Positions 39,001-52,600 of a DNA stretch of 64,000 nucleotides are shown in pieces. The notes under the pieces were generated by a model. It ran no database searches, had not been told where the DNA came from, and worked only from the letters and a program-made list of their open reading frames with translations. Numbering within the stretch: the stretch's first letter is position 1; each line of letters begins with the position of its first letter. Where the stretch lies: positions 498,751 through 562,750 of the forward strand of contig OZ316898.1 of the NCBI GenBank assembly GCA_973895155.1. The letters run 5' to 3'. The DNA comes from Marsupella aquatica. Taxonomy: Eukaryota; Plantae; Marchantiophyta. Position numbers and translations under genes: made by a program.

Positions 39001-40651
39001 TCGTGCAGATCTTAAATGAGGAGTTGAAGACGGCCAGGGCCGAGATACTATGGCTTAACGATGAAGTTGAAGACGTATCTCAGGAATTGGAGGAGGCCAA
39101 GGATAAGATGGTCGGGTTGCAGAGGCGTGCCGACAATCAAACGCAGAAATTGAAGAAGTATGTCGAAGCGGGATATGGGTCACCAACTGAAAGGCTTCCC
39201 GACAGTAGTATGGTAGGCGGAAATATAGTGAAGCCGAAGCCGAAGCCAAGCTCCCTGTTGTCAAGCGTGACTGGGGGCAAAGCCATGCAGTTGGTGGCAG
39301 ACTTGGCAAAGACGTTCATGGGGCCAGGCGATAATAAAGTTAAGGCCCTTAAAGCCACTCCGGAGGAAGTCGAGAGCATGGCCGCTCACATTTGTGGTAC
39401 TGTGGCCCTGAAGGCAACGGTGGTAGAGGTAAGTACTGCAGATCAACTTGGAGCTACGGTAACAGGTTTAGATGATGGTACTGCTTCTATGGACGCACAG
39501 AATGTGAAACCGTGGGTTATCGAGATCGAGCGCATCGGGGAAAAGGCTTGGATTGAGGAAGTTAAGGCAAAGGCTCTCCAAGCCGTTTCCCAGGAGGATG
39601 CCAATGCAGATGCCGATGCCGAGACCGAGGCCAGGGCCGGCAAACCAGAAGCCGAAGTCAAGGAAGCCGAAGGGGTCAGGCCGGGGCCGATGGCAGGAGA
39701 AGGTGCAGAGTCGGAAGATTCGGACTTACCCCCGGTCATCTAACAATTAAGGAGGGCCAGTCATTGGTTGGAAGGAGGACATGGCGGCAGGAGAAGGGCT
39801 TGGGCCAGAAGGGCGCGGCCGTTGTAGGATGGGACAGGGCAAGTAGCGCCCTGTCGGCTTAGGTAGTAGTAGATGCTCGGTTCACACATGGTTCCGGGCT
39901 ATTCCAGTTTTTAGGTGATAGTTTTTTGGTAGGATTATCGCGGTGGAAGGCCGTGTGTGGTGGTTAGGATTTCCGTTTGTTTTTTCCTGAATGCGCTGCA
40001 AGGATAAAAACCTGGGCAGTGTGGCTTCGGGGGCTTTTTCTTAGTCAAGGCTTTAGTGTTAATCTGTATTGTTGTGAGCACAGGAAGCTCTCGGCTAAAT
40101 CTAGACCGTAGGGTATCAGTAAACCACCAGTTCCCTTGGATTTCTGAGCAATTGTTTGAATTGAGTTGGCCTCGTTGCATAGTTCGCAGATTCTTGCCAT
40201 CCAAGAAATTGAGTGTTATGATATCTGTTGCTTGATCGATTTAAGTCAGATAGGGTGAACTGTTGAGCAAAATACAATCGCATTGTCTTGATTGGAAACT
40301 GCCCAATCAAACTCTGAGAGAAAAGTGAGGATTGAGAGTGTTAGTCGGTGAAGTGTGGGTTGAGTCAGTCTGAAAAAGACCTTCAGCCGGCTTAAGAAAT
40401 TAAGCCGTAGAGGTACATTCCGGGGGCGGAATACAAATATACCTGAAGAAGTTAAAGAGGAATTAGGTGTCTCAGTTGTGCACAATTCACAAGCCCAGTG
40501 AAAGAATTGGTCCGGTAAGTGTGGATCGAAGGAGAGTATCGCGTTTCCAAGCCGAATAGCTGCCATAAGGCAAGAGGACGGACATAAACAAGTGGTTTAT
40601 GATCGGTTGAGGGTAGTTCTTGGGGTTAGAGGTCTTGGGAAACGTGCCACA
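36017..40651 (+). mobile_element. 4635-bp solo LTR-like insertion carrying a long ORF
   Basis: Starts TGTGATG and ends GCCACA, flanked by cacca (36012-36016) and tacca (40652-40656). Excision restores the host RLE frame LGDVVVVDPT. No gag/pol and no terminal direct repeats seen. Confidence 0.82.
36367..39743 (+). pseudogene. LTR-encoded accessory protein homologue (~1120 aa) with long coiled coil
   Basis: ATG 36367 is in frame with track ORFs 36493 and 36940. Stops at 36475, 36706, 36763 and 36877; a 1-nt frameshift near 38540; a further stop at 38577; then ORF 38583-39743. Aligns by eye to the 22106-24757 protein in two domains. Confidence 0.82.
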
Positions 40652-41379
40652 TACCACATCACCGAGAGAACGAACACCTGCCCAAGAAAAAACCAGGTCA
40701 GCCCGACGCATGTCAGGAACACCATTCCTAGGGGGAAGGACATGTTGTTGCTCCATAGCAACATGGTACCCAGAGTCCCGGGCAATGGCAACAACCACAT
40801 CCCAAATGTCATTGTCCTCTCGATCCCATGGTTGCACTGAAAAATATGAACATCGGATGGGTCCAGAGATGCCCACATACACAAGAGGGTCGGCCGAGGA
40901 GGCAAGGGTGAGGGTGGCCTAGACGGAGGTGTATAGATGTGGCGAAGAGGAAGGAGCTCATGCAGAAGGGGGCCCAAAGAGGACTTGCAGAAAGCCAGGA
41001 TCCTGAATTAAAACCCGAGCAAGATAAGAGGCGGGCCCAAACTGAGTCTGAACGTGCATCAGAGAGCATGCTAGAAAGTTAAGGGAGTGATGGTGCATGC
41101 GGTTGAAAATCACCTGCTGAACACAATCCATATTGTCAAAGACTACCTCCACAAAAGCAGAAACAATAGCATGCACAACTTTGGGTAGTAATGACCGAGT
41201 GTGGTAGAGCTAAACCTGGATAGGAAGACTGCCATCCTCCACCCCCATGACATGGTCAAAAAGGATGGGCTGAAGATCCATAATGAACCGGGAGGCCAGA
41301 GCAGGGCCCACATGTGCCCAACAACCAAGGATGACACAGGGGGCCATGGCCACAGTAGAGAAAACACCCATGCCCCCAC

Positions 41380-41706
41380 TGTTAGGTATTTACTCAAGGT
41401 CTACGGTTACGACATGTACCATAGTTAGGCTGACCATAGTTGGAGATGTGGTTAGGTTAACTAGGATGCACACTATATGCCAAACGATGTTTGCTTGGAT
41501 AAGTGGAACTTAAGGCTCATTGTTACGGAGCCACATGAGAGATGAGGAGAGCTTACACTGTGAAGACTTGGTTTAGCCGATGGGCTTAGAGTTCAGTAAA
41601 GCTCTCTTGTGGCCTCGAGGAGGTGAACCACGTACCTCTTGTGTCGACTACTTGATCGTTGGATGTGTCATGTGCTTACCGTTGTGATTGTCGTCTATGC
41701 TCAACA
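41380..41706 (+). mobile_element. 327-bp solo LTR
   Basis: TGTT...AACA ends with a perfect TSD CCCAC (41375-41379, 41707-41711). Removing it restores the host frame. Confidence 0.88.
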
Positions 41707-44700
41707 CCCACCGGACGGGGGCAAAGAGGCCTGCCGAGAAGCAAAAAGAACCGTCCTCTCCATCAGCCTCAGTACCAATAAGGTGACCAAAAGCCTCCAT
41801 CACGGTGGTGTCAAAAGATAGCCGAGACAGAAACATGGGGGTGGGAGGCAAAGTCCAAAGAATTGTTGGTTATGGTTGCAATTAAAGTGCCATGGATGAA
41901 AGGCGGACGGGCAATGGTACAGTGGAAGTGGTAGATGAGAAGGTATGTACCAGAGTTGGGGCAGGTATACTACCATGGCACAGTATTGCAGCACGATAAA
42001 GATAGAATATTATAATAACCTGCCTGGCAGGTGTCAATCTTGACTATATTTGATATGCGACTTCGTATGATAACCGGTTGGTCTTGGCTGCTGATGTTTG
42101 GCCTGGCCAGTACGGATTTTGCTATACCTGGTTTTATACCAGTAAATCCCATGCAGTATACCCTAGTGCTATATAATTTAGCGCAATGAAAAAAAATTCC
42201 CAACAGTCAAAGGCTAATCTGATTCTAAATAAAAAATCAAATGGACTTAGAGTGAAATCTTGAAAGCATAATCCATTTTAGTTGAAAAGTAGAAAATATG
42301 ATTTCAATAAAGTGTGAATAGTAAATAAATGAGAGGGCAATGAGTGAAAACCCTCACTAAATGACATTTTAAGTTGATAAAAAAATTAATGTATAGAAAG
42401 TGAATAGTGAAGGAATGAAAGAGCAATGAGTGCAAACTTACATTATAAGACAAGAGAGAAAAGAATTATCAGAGCACTTTAGTTTGATTCTTAACTTTCC
42501 ACTCAATCTGCACATAGGACAAAATTGTTTTTTACTAACCTACCCCCCAAATTAATCCGTGGACCCCCAAGTTCATTGAAGGAATATGTGTGTGATGAAG
42601 TGAAATTGTTTTATTGGAGCAAATGAAACAAAGTGGTAAATGTTTTATTTATGCAAAATAGTTTTATGATATTATATCTGATTTACCTAACAATGTCTAT
42701 TTTCCCTCTAGGTGGCATTGTACTTGTGCTTCAAAGAAGCGCCCACTGTCGATGTCTCATCCCTGTTTGGAGCGGGGACGTCGGTGATTCATAGGCCTTC
42801 CTCCCTGCTCCTCTGCAAACGATCGATCAGCGTCTGTGCATGCTCTTTGGCCAAGCTGACCAGCATGTCGATTGGCATCTTGAAGTCGTGCCTCAGCCTT
42901 GTCACCTGGGTTAGGTGTGCTCCCTTTGTATGTTGGATGTATTCACGTGCGCTTCCTTCTTGGTCAGCTGGTCTTCATTGAAAGGGACTTCCATGAACCT
43001 GAGGACCTCTTTCTGCACTCCTGTGTTTCAATTTGTGGTTGAGTTAGTACGTTATTGTTCTTGAATGTTGTGAAATGGGTTTGAGTGGGATTCTGAGCTT
43101 GTTACCTGTCGTTGGTCTGTCATTGTAGAGTTCCTTGAAATCTTTGAAGAATTTCTTGCAGTTGTCAATCAATTTTGACATGTCTCTTTTGCTGATGCCA
43201 GAGTCCCATTCCGAGGTCTCCATTCTCATACCGTCTGCGTACTCAATCTGTTTGGTCGTGGGGAAGTTTTTCTCAGGACTGTGGTCCCCTGTAGGCAGCT
43301 CACGCATGATCAATCACGCCGGCTTGACTGCTGTCATGGGCTGTAGTGAAACAATGACAAAGTGTTAGTTGGTGTTAGTGTCATCGTCCCCTCCTCTTCA
43401 TGGATCCTCAAATTCTGCAGCTCCCGTATTCACAGCCAGAATCCTGTCAATCGACGCAGTAGCGGATCTTATTAGAGTGGATACCCTCTTCCTTGTTCTG
43501 ACTGACCATACCCTCTTCCGTGTTCCGCTTCTATCCTCTGCCTTGTTCTGGCCATTCCTCTACACCTCAAACAACAGAAAACGATGCTCAGGCTCGACAC
43601 TACCCGACGCTCAAGCTCTAAGACACCAACAGACGACACCAACAGACTTACGTTACTTTCATTGGACTCCTCTACCAAGACATAATGCACTAGTCAATTA
43701 ACAAGGAGACTTTTTCTTTACTTTTTTAATTAACTCAGAGAATGATTGCTTTATTCTATGTTTTGAAAAAGACCCAAATGTAAATAAAACAGTTACAAGG
43801 ACAGTTTTGCCTCAGTTTTTTATCTTTTGATTTGCATGTCCTTTTTTTTTAATTCTCTTTGACGGCATGGCGCCCAGTTTTTACAGCAAAGTTGCCACAA
43901 ACACTAATGCAGAAGTTAAATTCTATCCAAAAACAAGTTTGTTCCTGTTTGCAGCGTGCCATGATGATGTGGCGCACTGTGGAGCCAGGAATTTTGGAAA
44001 GGACCTCTAATGGGGGTCCATAACTAACCATATTTACGAACCTGTCCCTCAAACTATTTTAATTCCTAAGTATATGGGTTAACTTCAACTCATGTGCATA
44101 ACCTGAGGTTGTTCCATATTGGTTGCATGACACATGGCAAGGTGTTGTTGGCCACACCAAACCCCGGTTGGGTCTACCCTAACCCAGGCCAACTCCTTCC
44201 CATAATGACAATTGAGGGAGTACCACCTCAGGTCCCTTGTGTTGCAATAGGGCCGCCACAACCCCGGCTTCCTCCCAGCCCCAATGAACCTGCAAAGACA
44301 GACCCGACAACAGGGTCGTCCTTCCTTCCCATGGCGCCCCTATTTCCTTCTCAACGGACTCTCGTTTCCAAAAGCGCTCCCAGGCCAATAGGGAATGACC
44401 TTGGGTTAAGTACATGCATTACAATTAACCCATGTACAAAAAGGGGGATTGACTTAGAAATTAAAATAGTTTTGGGGATAGATTGGTAATTATGGTTGGT
44501 TTGGGGGATAGGTTAGTAAGAAATGGTATAACAAAAAAGAAGGGAACCACACTCCCTCCTTGCTGAAGACTCTCTCCTCTGAATCTAGTAAAAATAAAGA
44601 TTTTCTTTCCTTTGCAAAGAGATATCCTATCTTAATTTAGTGCTCAATTTTTCATTAATGGAATGAAACTAGGTCCAAGAGTGCAAGTCATTCAAGTACT

Positions 44701-44980
44701 CTATTGGTATCATAGGAAGCCCTAAACCAATACTTGATACTTTAGGACTCATCATATAAAGCTTGTGTGTATTGGGATTCCTACTAGGTTCCAAAACTGG
44801 GCGATGGCTCTCCTGAGTGGGCGCGTTGGTTGCCCAAGTCAGACGAGTGCAGCCTTTGCGAGGCCCAAACTAGCCACATAAGAGAATTGACACAAGCCTG
44901 TTTGAGATTTTGCACATCACATCGCTGTTTAGCAATCAGGCTATTGTGCTGTTAGCCTCAGGTCTGAAAGTTTAGTAGAT

Positions 44981-47900
44981 ATGGCAGAAACAAGGAACCT
45001 CCAGTTTTCAGGCAATCTAGTAACGGTGACCCGAACACGCAAACTAGAATCAATGAAGTGTGTGTTAGACGATCGGCGGGTACAAATCAGAGCATTGACA
45101 GTCAGAACGTGGGAGTGAGAAGAAATGGAGATGTTCATTGGGAACATTCTTACACGGCAACGTACTGCACAACCCAACCATCGGCACTAGGAAGAAGAAG
45201 AGGATCATGATCCAGCAACACAGTGGGATAGAGAGAATGACAAGAACGAAGACAAGGACGAAGAGGAATACAACAATCCCTATGACCCGAATCTGGATAT
45301 TGAAGTTGGATGTATGTTACTTGCAAGGACCTGCAAACTCAGCTTGTACACCTCCCAGAGGCACCTGAACATCTGTCTGTTGGGATGAGAGTGGTGATGA
45401 TAGTTGTGGATTGCAACGTCATCGCTAGCAGAATCTTGCACCTTCAGAAGAGAGGAATCATCCTCTACATTGTTGACTTCAACCCAACTCATGACTACTT
45501 CAAAGACTGGGGTATGACGTAGTCAATGCTGGCATGAGGGTCAAAATTGAGCAAGTTAAGGTGCTGGCTTGCTATAACTTTCTCATTGTTGTGTCTAACC
45601 CGGAAGACCAAAACACATTCTGATGGAACCTTACCTCAACATGGGCAGGCATATGGTGGTGGCCATGCCCACGACCATGCCTTGGACACCGGATTTTGAT
45701 ACAAGGGCGATGAAATCCACTCAAGCCCAAGTGTTAGATGATCTACCACTGCTTAACCCCGCATTTGAATACTATGCCAATCAGATGCTAGCCAAGGTTG
45801 GCACTATGCTTTATGCTGACACATAAATCTAGAAGCAAATTCTCTCATAGTTGAGGTTGTGTCTTATGCAACCTTAATGACGACCTGATAAAATTCATCA
45901 ACCTCTCAATCCCAGGCGTAGGAAACTATAAAGTGGATGTCATTTATTGCACTCTCCCTGATGCATGCTTTGGTTGCAAGCAAAGGGGACATAGCCTCAT
46001 ACTGCCCCAACAAACAAAAGAAAGCACCAAAGGAAACAAATCAAAGGACTTGGAAAGACATGAGCAACCAGGGAGAAGAACCTAGGAAATCAGCTAAAGA
46101 CACTGAAGGATTTCAAACAGTGGGCAACCAACAAGGGAGCAACAATAAGCATACAGGAATAATACATGATAGCAACAAAGCTGACACGGCCAACCCCTTT
46201 GCTGCTCTAGCTGATCTTGAATAAGGGGAAATTGAAGGTGGAGACTAGATTGTCCAAGGAGACATCCCAAAAAAATATATCCAGTCTTTTGACTCAACCA
46301 GTCAAGCTTGAGAGTAAGAGGAAAACAACATTGAATTTGGTTGTACAGGTTGATTCTTCGTTTGTCATTCAGAACAACACCCAACCCAGGCTCTCACCAA
46401 CACCTCCCAAGAGCCAAAAGCTCTAATGCTGACCACATGGAGATCAAAACGCAAACAAACCCAAGGAAAGCAACTAGCTCACCAGCAGGAACCAACATCA
46501 CCGGAACCAATAATACACCAAAGAAAATGCAACAAAACACACAGGTGTTGAAGAAGAAAAACAATGATCTTTTGGCAGCAAGGAACCTTCCTTTGCTTCC
46601 AACAAAAGGATGGCCAAACTGATACCAGAGGAAACACTCAATGAGGTATTCTACACTGAAACTCACCAATTGCAACCAACACAACTCTTAGCAACTATAG
46701 TTCATCACTAAAAAGTGAGTCCACGAAAGGAGGTACACACCAGAAGAATCGCGAAATCCCAGTCCAGATCAATGGAGGGGGAAGAGATAATCAAATTCCA
46801 AATGGAGACAAAACAAGGACACCCAGTCACTCGGTGATTCTACCCCAACAATGCTTATGATGACAGCAACCTCACCAATTGTAACTGGAACGTGAGGGGC
46901 TTGGGAGAACACTCTCACGCACTACGGTTCAAGAAGTGGATCAGTGAACACCACCAAGAACTCTAACTCCACCTACTTTAAGGTGGATGTTGGTATCATT
47001 GACTCCCCAACTTTGGAGCAGATAATGGAGGAAATATGGGCAAAGCACATAGTTGAGCATGAGGATCCAAGAGTGAACTGGAATTAAGTGGGGGGAGTGA
47101 TTGGGAAGTTTCTACAAAATGAAAAGAGGAGGACAAGATGTGGTTGACCATTCATCTGGGAAACCGGCTGCAATAGCTTAGGTTTGCCCACAATCAGATA
47201 GAAATTGATGAACTGCAAAGAGAAGAAGAAAGGGCCCGGAAAATGGCAATGGAAGAAGCCACCCTAAACTTCTGCGCTTTAGGGTGGCTTCTTCCATTTC
47301 TTCTTCTTCGATCACCGACAAAGTCACATATGAGGGTAACTGTGCCCTGGTTGTCACTCCTAGCGAGGAAGAATTTGAAAATACTGTCCACGACCTCCCT
47401 AAAGACAAGGCCCCTGGAATTGATCGTGTGACTGCAGAGCTGTTGAGGAAAGGATGGAACTACATGAAACCTGCCTGCATCAATTTGGTCTGGGCATTAT
47501 AGGAAGAAGTCTGCAAGGTCTATAGCTGGGTAATGATGGTAGCCTTTGCCACCAGCTATTTGCAGACGATACAGGCCTTTTTCTATCCACCAAAGAGGCT
47601 GAGTTCAACACTACAAGAGACACAATTCAGCAGTACAAAGATCTCCAATGCGCTGTTGAATATTCAAAAATCCAAGATCATCCCCCTCTTCATAGAAGGG
47701 GCATCTATTCGAGTTGGTTAACTCATACCCGTTGTAAGATAGTTAAGGAAAGGGAAATCATAGAATACCTGGAATGTCCCATTGGGTACAGGGTGCACCC
47801 CTCCCAGGAAATGGCTTCTTGATGGGAAAGTGAGAAAACAATTTTTTCACTGGAATGACCAATGTCTGACCATGGCGGGCAGAGCTATCCTGTTGAAACA

Positions 47901-48130
47901 CGTGCTTTGGGCCATTTCCACCTACCATCTAATGATCCTTGAGCTCCAGCTGACCGATTATTGGGAACTAGAAAAGATCTGTAGAAGATTCTTATGGGGA
48001 CCTTCACAGTCTAAAGGGAACAAAAAGTCCTCATAGCGTAAAAAGATATCACTGCTGCGAAAGGTACTCACTTGACATCAACCCTTTCAGCAAACAAGCA
48101 CAGGCTTTGAAGATGCAACACATCACAACC
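44981..48130 (+). mobile_element. Degenerate, internally deleted L1-clade LINE
   Basis: ORF1-like region with zinc knuckle CFGCKQRGHIASYCP (~45965), endonuclease start NWNVRGLG (~46883), and RT-region motifs KDKAPGIDRVTAELL and AGRAILLKHVL..LEKICRRFLWG. Many stops and frameshifts. Confidence 0.8.
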
Positions 48131-48497
48131 CCAGTTTCACTTCAGAGTGATCAAGTCCATTCATAATGAACGCATGCCCTTTATAATGAGAGGGTAACCC
48201 ATAGCCCTTATACAGGTAGTTGTGATTTAGGAGGTTCAAGGCAACAATGTAAAGCAGTTGAGCCATGGAGAGCTAGGGTACACCTAGCATGCCTTTGATG
48301 AGCAAGCCCCTTGCTTGGACACCTCCAAACAATGGATTCTCCTGAAAGCTTTTGGTCGCTTTCCAACAGAAGCTCTACTAAACTCCGACATGGTGAGGAT
48401 GAGGTATGTGTTTGTGTACATTTACCCATGTGCGAAGACAGTGGCCAAATAAAAAATGCTTTAATTTACAGACTCTACTAAGGTCCCACATGTAGTG

Positions 48498-48524
48498 TTT
48501 AGGGTTTAAACCCTAAACCCTAAA
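48498..48524. repeat. Short inverted interstitial telomere-like repeat
   Basis: Sequence tttagggtttaaaccctaaaccctaaa. Confidence 0.7.
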
Positions 48525-49615
48525 CATCGACCCATGTGCAGAAACGATGACTGAATAAAAAATGCTCAAATTAAGTTAAGTTCTCACAACAATTTCCATT
48601 TAGGGCACGACAAACAAGTTTCACTCTCTTTCCTCCTGATATCGAGCTTGAACAACAGCAACATTTGGACCTACTTGGCTCAATTGATTTTATTACAACA
48701 AAGTGAGAATGCCGTGGATATTCAGATTCCCTTGTACCTGAACTAGAAAGGGTTTCTCCCGTACCCTAACTTCCTCAACATAGACAGAAACTCTTGTACT
48801 CTGTTCTTTACTTCTGTTCGAAATTGTTTCCCCAGTGTCTTCCAGGATACAAGAGTACCCTCACATTAGAGTCCCAATTAATTCTGTACAAATTGACGGA
48901 TGTCAGAAAATATCTACCAGGAAACCTGTGGAGTGTTTGCTCCCAACAATCACGGGAATCAATGAGAATAATCACTCGCGTCCATGGGGTCTCACTTCTG
49001 AAACAATTTCTAAACAACCTAGACTCAACAGAGAAATCCATTATCGGCGTGTGTCGTGATGGTTCGGATTTTAAGTAGAAAGTTTGACCACATCAACAAA
49101 TCTAACTTTCGTCCAGTACACTTGTATTCATGAAGGATGGACTTGAGTGGTCATCCCGGTGAGCGTCACATTGAATTCTAACGCATCTAAACGATTTCGG
49201 AGCCTACGAAAAGATTGACTACAGATAGCGAGAAGGCACCATTTAAGAACAATGCTGTGCTAACGGAAAGCTATGAATCCACTTTATGGACACATAACAT
49301 GGATGTATCAATAGACCGGCACAGAGGTAAAGCACATACCAATACACCGGCAACAAGCAATTGCATTTGCTAAGTAGTATCGCACGCTAAAACCATTTCT
49401 CTAGTATAACTTTCAGACACAGCGTGTATTGGCTCAACAGCCAACTGGATATCATTGTATCCAGCAAGGCTTAGTGGCAGTATTCCTCCATGCAAAAGGT
49501 CGCCGATGAGCTTCTCCTTCCGTGCATTCAACTTGTGCAAAACTTTGGTAGATTACTGGTGACCTGCTAACTGTAACGACTGAATTAATGTATTAACAGA
49601 ATGACATACCAAACC

Positions 49616-52600
49616 TTATCGTCTCCCACCATCAAACTCGTCAAGTCCCTCAACCGGTTGCCAAAGCTGTTTTCTGGCCATTAAGATCTTCTCATCCCCA
49701 TACGATAGAGCATCTGAAGCCAGTGTAAAATCTTCTTTGGACCATTTATCCCAGCGCAAGGCTGTCAAATACCTGCTGATCTGATTCACCATGGAAGCTT
49801 TGTCCCTGATAATGATGATCCCCAAAGGTCGAACTATGCGATCCATCTCAAGGAGCAGATCCTCGATGCTGCAGCCTCTTTCATCTACTTTAGAGAACAC
49901 ATTCCACGCATGCAAAAGGTCGTATGTGCGAGGATATGTTGAGAAGGCTTCACACCTGATGGGATAAACGAGTGAGAATGACTTACTAAAAATAACAAAT
50001 AAGTAGTATTTAAAAAAAAATGTCAGCAACGGCTAGAATCTGAGGACTAGAAATTCGTTCGGCGACCTTGTAACAGCAGAATCAAATACGGATTATGAAA
50101 CTTAGCTGCCCATATACCAAAGAAAAATATCCACTCACCAGTCATGCAATGATCCAATGAGACCACGATCGTACACTGCCTTCAAGGTGTTAGGAGCGGA
50201 TGGGGCTACCACGTTCATAACCCACACGGGTTCCTTAGCCAAGGCTGCAGAAAACCCTCCAAAGTTGGCATTCATGTCCATTATATTCCGGACACTGTGA
50301 GATTCAAGTTGTCCAGCCTTCTTCAGCTGTTTCCAGTAAAATTGGACCCTCTTTTCCCAGACAAACTGTTCTGCAGCAAGGTTGTATTCATTAGTCCTCT
50401 GCTTCTAATTAAACACTCAGGGTTCAGAAATTGATGGAAAACATTGTTTGTACGACAGCTCACAGGAACAGTGGTCCCAAGAATTGTTCTTCAAGGCAGA
50501 TTTGCATTACCGTGTCTGTCTGAAAGGTCTTATCGCTGATAAGATCATCACGCAACCTCGGTGGAATAGCGGTTAGTCGCTGTGGCCATGGTTCCACGGT
50601 ATCTTCATAATCTGCAAAACGAACCTTTCAGATTCGCATTCGACAACGAATAACAGTGAAGGGAAATCCCATATCGGCCTGGCCAACAATGATATTGAAA
50701 AATCTGGACCTGGATAAAGAATGCCAAGACTAGACTAGGAGTACACCTCCATAACACCGCAATCTCCTTGCAGAGGGCGCTGACAGCCACAATTTATGCA
50801 CCAACGGTGCATCCTAGCTCTCCCGGCCCACAGTTAGGAAGCGAAACTTACATTTTGTCAACGGCGTAATGCAAGTCTTCATTTTGACAGACCAAGACTC
50901 ATCTGGATCCTCACGTGCGCTGCAAAGAGGAGGATGAGTTCCTGGAGCTCGTTCTTCATAACATTCATTGGTCAAAGGCTTTCTCCAGATGACGGTTTGA
51001 AGCTCTTTAGCGACTTGTTCCCAGCACATATTCTTCACAAGGATGTTCATTTCATCCCATTCCTGCCTGTCAGAATCGGTCTCCTTATACACTGCCGGGG
51101 ACGACCAGGCGAAGAAACCACCCGGTCTTAACAGGCGGTCGACTTCAAGAAGCAGGATTCCATCCCGCTTGTGCCAATCGATACGACAGCGGGAGCAGTG
51201 CGCCAAATCGAAAGACTTACTCGGGTAGGGAAGTCTCATCGTTCCCAGTACACCCAGCATCGCTGGAATTCCTCTCTCAAGGGCAAACTGAATTTGGTTA
51301 GCATGCACGTCATTAGGGGCTAAAGACATAGCAATTATATCTAGAGGCAGCAGAAACGCTCCAAAACTGGCTACTCCACAACCGACATCAAAGACTACTC
51401 TGATCTTTCCTCCACTGCTGAGATCTCCGTCCTCATTCCCCAACATCTGCACAGCAACCAGAAAAAAAGTTGAGAATCTAGCCACAGAGATCAATTTGAT
51501 AAGAATTCAAAATCGGTAAGTCTGTAGCACTACACTTTCCTGCAGATCATTCCCTGTCTCGAATTCATGAAAGCCTAAGCATGTGGAAACCAAATGAGGA
51601 TTAAACTGAGGACAACTCGAAGTGTACCTTGCCGAGATTTGCTATATACTTGTCTGCTCCATCATGGAAATGCGTCCCGCCGCCCGGAAAGGTAGCTTTG
51701 TCACCCTTAAGCTCCATCCAGTGCTGATCTGACTTGTTCACAGCAAGAAATGTATGCGGGACGTTGGCTTGCCAAACTGCGTCTCTACTTCGCGGCCACC
51801 GAACAGGTACCTAAGAAGAGATTCTAGAGAACATGTGAGTAGCCAGTCATATACTTTGAGCGCTGTGGGTTAGAAATAATAAAAGGAAAACTGAAAACAA
51901 AGCTAGAGCGTGCAACAAACGAAAAGCATTGGTGTAAAAACCCTTTGAGGGCAAACTACTAGCTTTGAGACCATGTGGATACGGAAGGATACCAAATGAG
52001 GATACATACCTGGTAATTAGGAGGAGGAGGAATTAGACAGTTGAGTCGCCGGTGGGAAGGCGGGCAATGACGTTCATAATGTTCCATTACTGAGGTATTC
52101 AGCTTCATTTTGAGCTTCTTCTGAGTCGGCTGGTCCAGGCAGGGAATCAGCTCAGAGAACTCTTGGCTGCAAACCTGGAACCATGGCAAATATGAAGCTT
52201 CTCAGTCCTTTTGCTGCATTTGCAGTAAATATCATCGATCGTTTAACATCTACAGTTTAGAACACTGTGGACATTCTCTACCGGCAGGAAGATACAAAAA
52301 TTCTGGCTAATGGCATCAAGTGTGCAAGCGAGGGGGACAAATAAAGTCCGAGAGAACCCCAACGTAAAGAATTGATAGCAACCAGAACGGAAAGCATTCC
52401 ACAAATTGCAGCAAAAACAATTATAATGTCAAATCCGCGCCACTCACCGGAAATGACTTTAGCGTGACTTCGTCCATTCCCTCTTCGTCTTTGAGGTCAT
52501 CGGTGCCAGTCTCAGTATCTTCGGTTTCTGCCTCCTCCTGTAAATCTTCCTTGTCCTCATCTTGCTCCTTGTCAATTTGGCGCAAGTGAGAATCGGAGTC

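Larger units (their letters stand above)
35440..41995 (-). mobile_element. 5'-truncated CRE-like (RLE-type) non-LTR retrotransposon interrupted by two solo LTRs
   Basis: Removing both insertions restores the frame at each junction. The reconstruction reads RQASLPPSGGGMG, ARLLSCSG..GSWL..P..LRLGHPHP....CVCG, RRADLVFSWAGVRSLGDVVVVDPT..AAKAARLKEEAY..FYPFTLEVFGALH..RQRVSVTLQ. It ends near a (TA)n tract at ~35440. Confidence 0.85.

Noticed and set aside
36940-39743. The 569-aa and 386-aa ORFs as two host genes (myosin/SMC-like)
   Set aside because: They are one frameshifted, intronless ORF inside a TSD-flanked insertion, and coiled-coil similarity is non-specific.
42710-43700. Decayed minus-strand coding-like region
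   Set aside because: Multiple stops and no recognisable domain.
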